This document shows, piece by piece, positions 43,649-50,531 of a stretch of DNA of 50,531 nt; the first letter of the stretch is position 1; every line of letters begins with the position of its first letter. Source of the stretch: Macrostomum lignano (taxonomy: Eukaryota); the NCBI GenBank assembly GCA_002269645.1, contig NIVC01000315.1:1-50531 (forward strand), in the 5' to 3' direction. The notes under the pieces were generated by a model. That model was not told the DNA's origin. It made no database searches and worked only from the letters and a program-made list of their open reading frames with translations. The position numbers and the translations under genes were made by a program.

Positions 43649-45412
43649 TCAGCTGTAAGTCAGTCGCTCAGGTGCAGCGCACTTCCTCATCGAACGGCGA
43701 AGATGCAGCATGGCGTCTGGCTACGCCTCAGCAGCAGCACCGTCAGCAAAAACTTCAAGTGCGTCCTTCGGCACCCATCGCACTGCGGCACCGCTGCCGC
43801 TGGTGTGGCTTGGTCGGAAGCTGACTGACCGCGGCCGGCTTGAGCACCTGGTCCACGTGCCTGTGTGCGTCTCTGCCGTCATCGAACCGGCACGTGAAGT
43901 CGGCCGCACCAGAAATGTCTCCAGCGTCCGTCACTCGCGAAGTCTCGCGCCAGCACCGAGTCGCCGACATTAATGCGACAGTCGTGCGCGTGGGCGTCGT
44001 GCTGCTCCTGCAGTGCCTGCTGTACGGCCACCCGGGCGGGCAGGTCAGGGCGGACTCGGTCGAGCAACGATTTCAGCCTTCGCCCCATCAGCAACTCGCA
44101 GGAAGCCCTCCCGGTAGTCGCATGCGGCGTGACTCGGTACGTCAGGAGGAACCGGGAGACTCGCTTCTCCAAAGAGCCGCTTCGCTGCTTGGCCAGCTCA
44201 CGCTTCAGAGTCTGAACTGCTCGCTCTGCCTGGCTGTTGGACGCCGGGTGGTACGGAGCCGTGCGCACGTGCCGGATGCCGTTCTTGCTCAGGAATGTCT
44301 CCATCTCCGCGCTGACCAGGTTCGGACCAAGCTGGACCGCAGCTTCTCGATAGTCGCAGTCGACAACGTCGAAGGCATCACATACACGTCCATCCATTTG
44401 GAGTGGGCGTCAACGACAACGAGCAACATCCGGCCTTGGACCCGCCCGGCGTAGTCAATGTGCAGGCGCGACCAGGGCTTGTCCGGCCACGCCCACGGCT
44501 GCAGTGGAAACGGACCCGCCGACTTCTGCATCTCCTGGCACTCGGTGCACGCGGTGACCAGCCGCTCGATCGCCTCGTCCAGCTTGGGATACCAGAAAAC
44601 GCTTCTAGCCAGCGCCTTCATTCTCGTGGCGCCCTGGTGCCCCTGGTGCAGGCAGTGCAGCAGCGCCTCCCGACCGGCCTCGGGAACTACGACTCGGCAG
44701 CCCCAGAGCAGACAGCCGTCTTGGGTGCTCAGCTGGTCGGCTCGCGTGCAGTACGGCTGCAGCTCAGGTGGCGGCCGCTCCGGCCAGCAGCCGGTCTCGG
44801 TGAAGCGCAGAACTCGGGACAAGTCCGGGTCTGTCCGAGTCCAGGCCCGGATGGGCCGAGCTGTCACCGGTCCCTCGTCCAGGAAGTCCATGAGTAGGAT
44901 GACTTCAGCTGGAGTTAGCGCTTCCTTCGGCTTCTCCGGCAGCGGCAGCCGACTCAGCGCATCGGCTCGGAGCAGCGACTTGCCCGCTCGGTGGACCATG
45001 GAGTACTGGTAGCCGGCCAGGAGCAGCGCCCACCGCTGGATTCTGCCAGAAGCCAGTGCTGGTATCGGCTTGGACTGGTGCAGCAGCCCGAGCAGCGGCT
45101 TGTGGTCGCTCACCAGCGTCAGCGTGAAGTCTCGGCCGTACAGGTACATGTGGAATTTCTTATCTCCGTAGATGATCGCGAGCGCCTCCTTCTCGAGCTG
45201 TGAGTATCGGGTCTGTCGACTCCGTTGATCCGTCGGCTGATGACGGCGCCGATGCCGTAAAGCGAGGCGTCGCACTCGAGCACCAGCGGCTTCTGACGGT
45301 CGAAATGCCCGAGCACCGGTGCCGGCTGAGTAGCGACTTGCACCTGCGAAAAGCTTCGTCCTGCACAGCGTCCCATCGCCAGGGGGCGCCCTTGTTCAGC
45401 AGCAGCAGCCCT
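43649..45412 (-). mobile_element. Degenerate Ty3/Gypsy LTR-retrotransposon pol fragment (RT connection/RNase H, zinc-binding, integrase core, C-terminus); 5'-truncated
   Basis: LECDASLYGIGAVI, YSQLEKEALAIIYG, SDHKPL, ADALSRLP, LHQGHQG...WYPKL...CTECQ (HHCC), PWSRLHIDYAG, VDAHSKW, APYHPASNSQAERAVQTLK, RRHVDQ, and a terminal LRRSMRKCAAPERLTYS-stop. Multiple frameshifts and internal deletions; no LTR recognised. Confidence 0.93.
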
Positions 45413-46207
45413 TCGCCACGCTCCCTCTCTTATCTCCCTTCTCCCCACTCTCGCTTTTCATCTCCCTTCTCCCTGGCAGTCTGCGTTCTCTAAAAATTGC
45501 GATGGAGACGCGCTCAGCATGACAGCATCGCAGAACCATTAGCACTGCGGCTTTGCAACCTTAGAGAACATTTCCACTCTAATCCCCTATTCGCCCTCTG
45601 TTGTCCATTTTCTGCTTTGCATTGAGTGAAAGAGCTGGATTTCGGATGCAGGGGCAGGGAGTTTGCAGTGCTTGAATGCCGTAGTCTAGCTGGGAGAATC
45701 AGCTGGGTTAGATAGGCGAAAGCCGACGGTGCACTCTGCACTTTGCCTGTGTATTGCACTGCAGTTCGAGCCCCAGCTGGACTGGCTGTGGCTGCCTGGG
45801 GGAGGGGAAAGGAGGTGCTGCCGTTGCCGCAAGACTGTACCGGCTTTGCAGTTGCGCACACCGGGAATGCCTGGGGCTGGATGCCTATGCAGATCTGCAA
45901 GGAGGGCCGGCAGGGGATAGCAGGGGAGAGCTAGGGAACCGCTAGCCATCCCCTCAGCCCCATGGCTCCCAGCCTTCGTGTCACGGTGGATCTTTGCTGC
46001 AAAACGAAGGAGAAAGTTTTCAGTGTCCCCAGCAACCGCCCCAACCCTTCGGTCCATATTGCCTTGGTCCGACCAAGCAGCCCCCGGCCTCGTAGTTCAA
46101 AGTAGCCGATAGACTTTGTGAAGCAATTCTCTTATACTCTTAAGGAGGAATTCGATTCCCGATTTCCCGACGACAGCAGCAGAGCACTGCTTGATCTGCC
46201 AGGAAAC

Positions 46208-49200
46208 ATGCAGCAATTCGGGCAGCTGTTGCTGCTGCTGCTAGTGGTAGTTGGCTGCTGCTGCGGTACAGGTAAGAAGCTGCACTAGTACTTCATGACA
46301 TTACATAATTTCACTCAATACACAGCAACTCATTCACTTTCATCAGGAAGTTTACTACGAGTCCTTACCCAACTCCAGAAACCTCTGCCTTACTCCGGAT
46401 TGTCATGCCACACTCTCCACCCCACTCTTACCCCATTCCTTATCTTCTCTAGCCCTGTCTGAAGCCTCTCCTCACTTCACACCTCGCCTCTCCACCCCAC
46501 TCTTACACTATTCCTTATCTTCTCTAGCCCTGCCTGAAGCCTCTCCTTACTTCACACCTCGCCTCTCCAACCCACTCTTACACTATTCCTTATCTTCTCT
46601 AGCCCTGCCTGAAGCCTCTCCTCACTTCACACCTCGCCTCTCCACCCCACTCTTACCCCATTCCTTATCTTCTCTAGCCCTGTCTGAAGCCTCTCCTTAC
46701 TTCACACCTCGCCTCTCCAACCCACTCTTACACTATTCCTTATCTTCTCTAGCCCTGCCTGAAGCATCTCCTCACTTCACACCTCGCCTCTCCACCCCAC
46801 TCTTACACTATTCCTTATCTTCTCTAGCCCTGCCTGAAGCATCTCCTCACTTTACACCTCGCCTCTCCACCCCACTCTTACACTATTCCTTATCTTCTCT
46901 AGCCCTGCCTGAAGCCCAATTCACACTTCGTCCTCAATCTATCCATAATTATTTATCTCCACCTTCATTACGAAGCGCACGGTATCTATGGGAAACTAAG
47001 ATTTCAATATCGACTTCCGCAGCCAGTGCCAAGTGCTCCTACAACGGCATCCAGTACGATGAGGGCGACGCCATTGACACGGGCAAACCGTGCCAGGACT
47101 GCTTCTGCAGGGGAGGCGCGGTAGCCTGCAGCAATCGCAGGTGCAGCCCAGTAAGAGACTGCAACAGACTGGAGACCCTGCCGGGCGAATGCTGCCCAGT
47201 CTGCGTGGGTGAGTGCGGCTGCTTTTGTTGCAACGAAAACATTTCCTGAGTAGAAGAGAAAAAGAGTTTCAGTAGCCCAAGCTGGGATTCTGCTTTTATC
47301 TTCCTTCATTTAATGCAGTGCAATACATTTATTGGGTGAGATTCAGCATCAATGGGTGAGATTCAACATCTGCGGGTGAGATTCAGCATCAATGGGTGAG
47401 ATTCGGCATCTGCGGGTGAGATTCGGCATCAATGGGTGAGATTCAGCATCAATGGGTGAGATTCGGCATCAATGGGTGAGATTCAGCATCAATGGGAGGG
47501 ATTCTGCATCAATGGGTGAGATTCAGCATCAATGGGGGAGATTCAACATCTGCGGGTAAGATTCGGCATCAATGGGTGAGATTCGGCATCAATGGGTGAG
47601 ATTCGGCATCTGCGGGTGAGATTCGGCATCAATGGTGAGATTCAGCATCAATGGGTGAGATTCGGCATCAATGGGTGAGATTCAGCATCAATGGGAGGGA
47701 TTCTGCATCAATGGGTGAGATTCAGCATCAATGGGGGAGATTCAACATCTGCGGGTAAGATTCGGCATCAATGGGTGAGATTCGGCATCAATGGGTGAAA
47801 TTCGGCATCAATGGGTGAGATTCAGAATCAATGGGTGAGATTCAGCATCAATGGGAGGGATTCTGCATCAATGGGTGAGATTCGGCATCAATGGGTGAGA
47901 TTCGGCATCAATGGGTGAGATTCAGAATCAATGGGTGAGATTCAGCATCAATGGGAGGGATTCTGCATCAATGGGTGAGATTCGGCATCAATGGGTGAGA
48001 TTCGGCATCAATAGGAGGGATTCTGCATCAATGGGTGAGATTCGGCATCAATGGGTGAGATTCGGCATCAATGGGTGAGATTCGGCATCAATGGGAGGGA
48101 TTCTGCATCAATGGGTGAGATTCAGCATCAATGGGTGAGATTGGCATCAATGGGTGAGATTCGGCATCAATGGGTGAGATTCAGCATCAATGGGTGAGAT
48201 TCGGCATCAATGGGTGAGATTCAGAATCAATGGGTGAGATTCAGAATCAATGGATGAGATTCAGTCTCAATTGCTAGTGCGCCACATTCGTAAACGTGAA
48301 TCTCTAAATTTCAGACCGACCGTCACCACCAGTGGAGTTCACCACACCTAAGCGAATTGTGAGCAATTTCTGTTGCACGAGCTGCAGTCCGACTTACAGA
48401 CTTTCTCTTTTTTATGCCTAGCATGCAAATTCTGATCCCTACTTTGCATTCCTTTGCACTTTTAGACTACAACACCAACGACAACTACTACTACTACGAC
48501 TACCACAACACCAACTACTACTACTACGACTACCACCACACCAACAACTACTACTACGACTACCACACCTACTACAACCACTACTACACCGACGACTACA
48601 ACAACAACTACTCCGAGAACTAGGCCAACAAGAGCTCCTCAGGTAGGGTGCCGACGTTTCAGATAATTTTTTCTCAGCCAATCAACGTTCTTGATTATCA
48701 CTATTCTGAAATTCTCAATATTAATAAATTACCAATGTACATTCATCGTCAACTAATGTACATTCACCCTCAACGACTGTACATTCATGCTCAACCAATG
48801 TACATTAATCCTCAACCAATATACAATTATCCTCAACCAATGTACATTAATCCTCAACCAGTGTACAATAATCCTCAACCAATGTACATTCACCCTCAAC
48901 AAATGTACATTCACCCTCAACCAATGTACATTCATCCTCAACCAATGTACAATTATCCTCAACCAATGTACATTCATCCTCAACCAATGTACATTCATCC
49001 TCAACCAATGTACATTCATCCTCAACCAATGTACATTCATCCTCAACCAATGTACATTCATCCTCAACCAATGTACATTCATCCTCAACCAATGTACATT
49101 CATGCTCAACCAATGTACATTCATCCTCAACCAATGTACATTCATCCTCAACCAATGTACATTCACCCTCACCAATGTACATTCATCCTCAACCAATGTA

Positions 49201-50064
49201 CATTCATCCTCAACCAATGCACATTCATCTCAACCAATGTACATTCACCCTCAACCAATTTCGCAGCCCAGCGGAGCCAAAGGCCCCCTAATGCGGTCCC
49301 GCTCTATGGCCTCCTTGCGGGCCCTGAGCGCCCGCCCGGCCAGGCCGGACCCAAGGGCGCGACCGGACCGGAAGGCCCGGCTGGAGTCGCCGGCGAGCCG
49401 GGCATCCCCGGCTACCCCGGCCTGCACGGCATCGACGGGTGATCGGGCCGCAGGGCGACCGGGGACCGCGAGGCCCCCCCGGGGACCGGGGACCGGCCGG
49501 GTCGCCAGGACCAGTCGGCTACCCGGGCCAGCCGGGCATCGTCGGCGCCAACGGCTTGCCTGGTGGCGCCGGTGACAAAGGCGCCAACGGGACACAGGGC
49601 GGCGCGGGGCCGATGGTGACAAAGGCGACCCGGGCACGCCGGGCACGAACGGCGGCCGGGATCGTCCGGACAGCCCGGCGACCAGGGACCGGACGGAGTG
49701 ACCGGACCGCCCGGCGATGATGGACGGCGCGGATCGCAGGGCCCGCCTGGCGCCGCCGGCGCCCCTGGACCGGCGGGACCGCCAGGCCCTGTCGGCCAGG
49801 CGGGTGGCTTGGGAATGAAGGGTGCCAACGGCGCCAAAGGACAGCGCGGCGGGCCCGGCGTCAAAGGCGGCCCCGGGCCGAAGGGCCCAGTTGGCAAGGC
49901 CGGGAAGAAGGGCGACGCCGGACCAGCCGGTATCGACGGGCTCCCCGGCGCCCCCGGCGACAAAGGAGAGGCGGGCGACGTCGGCGCGGCCGGCGCCACC
50001 GGGCAGCAGGGCGGCGCCGGCGCCAAGGGATCGAAGGGTTCGCCTGGAGAGCGCGGCGCGCCAG
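46208..50064 (+). CDS. Fibrillar-type collagen alpha chain, 5' part (signal peptide, VWC domain, Thr-rich linker, Gly-X-Y helix). Exons 46208-46271, 47023-47208, 48315-48358, 48466-48642, 49267-50064 (frameshifted); continues beyond the window
   Basis: Signal exon [24 protein letters not shown] exon [12 protein letters not shown]...[14 protein letters not shown]...C...C...PGECCPVC. Then a poly-Thr exon and long G-X-Y tracts in successive frames. GT-AG phases 1, 1, 0, 0 are consistent. The fibrillar assignment is inferred from the VWC plus a long helix; the COLFI domain is not in the window. Confidence 0.85.
46400..46915. repeat. 75-bp pyrimidine-rich minisatellite, about 7 units, collagen intron 1
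   Basis: Period verified 46471 to 46546. Confidence 0.96.
47334..48265. repeat. 20-bp minisatellite (ATGGGTGAGATTCGGCATCA)n, about 46 units, collagen intron 2
   Basis: Direct reading. Confidence 0.98.
48725..49258. repeat. 21-bp minisatellite (CCTCAACCAATGTACATTCAT)n, about 25 units, collagen intron 4
   Basis: Direct reading. Confidence 0.97.
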
Positions 50065-50214
50065 GTAGAGATTTCTGATTCGGAATTCGCCGGTTCCTCA
50101 GTGCTCGACTCCCGAAGGTTGCCTCGCTTGGCCGCTGTCTTCTTTTTCTTTCCTGTTGCTTTTCTCCCCGCTTCATCTTCTATCATGAATCTATTGTCTT
50201 CTTATCCTACTTCA

Positions 50215-50531
50215 TGATAGAATATGGGAATGAAACGGGATAGAATGGATAGAATGGGGATAGATTGGATAGAATGGGATGGAATGGGGATAGAATGGGG
50301 AAGATAATGGGAGGAGAATGGAAATAGATGGGTGGAGAATAGGAGAGAAGGGGAGAAATGGGGGATTGAATGGGGGATAGAATGGGCTGATAGAATGGGG
50401 ATAGAATATGGGGATGGAATGGCGGATAGAATGGTGGGATAGATTGGGGATTAGAATGGCGATGCAATGGGGATAGAATGGGGATAGAATGGGGATAGAA
50501 TTGGGATTAGAATGGGGATAGAATGGGATGG
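50215..50531. repeat. Degenerate 10-11-bp repeat (GAATGGGGATA)n, collagen intron 5, runs off the window
   Basis: Direct reading. Confidence 0.9.

Overview
Animal (eukaryotic) genomic DNA with GC-rich exons, AT-rich spacers and canonical GT-AG introns. I reconstructed seven protein-coding genes by hand: an intronless LRR type-I membrane protein (+, frameshifted), an SV2/SVOP-type MFS transporter (-, 3 exons), an intronless secreted PAN/apple + C-type lectin (+), CDC123 (+, 3 exons), a CDKL1/4-type kinase (-, 9 exons), bifunctional CoA synthase COASY (+, 4 exons), and the 5' part of a VWC-containing fibrillar-type collagen (+, runs off the window). There is also a dead Gypsy pol fragment, two TIR elements, a tRNA-headed Pol III/SINE-like element and about 24 tandem arrays. 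The dominant unexplained structure is the arrays. Nearly every intron longer than about 350 nt is mostly one array with its own unit, array-free introns are mostly 85-107 nt, and arrays sit within about 100 bp of five gene ends. Around COASY one short a-b-a seed appears unamplified in intron 1 and as amplified arrays in intron 3 and the 3' flank. The architecture resembles what is reported for the flatworm Macrostomum lignano; this is inference and was not checked. Single-base losses in coding G/C runs cluster at the two window ends and are most simply long-read assembly errors. I found no CRISPR array, rRNA or intact tRNA. All coordinates were counted manually; array boundaries are approximate (about +/-20 bp).
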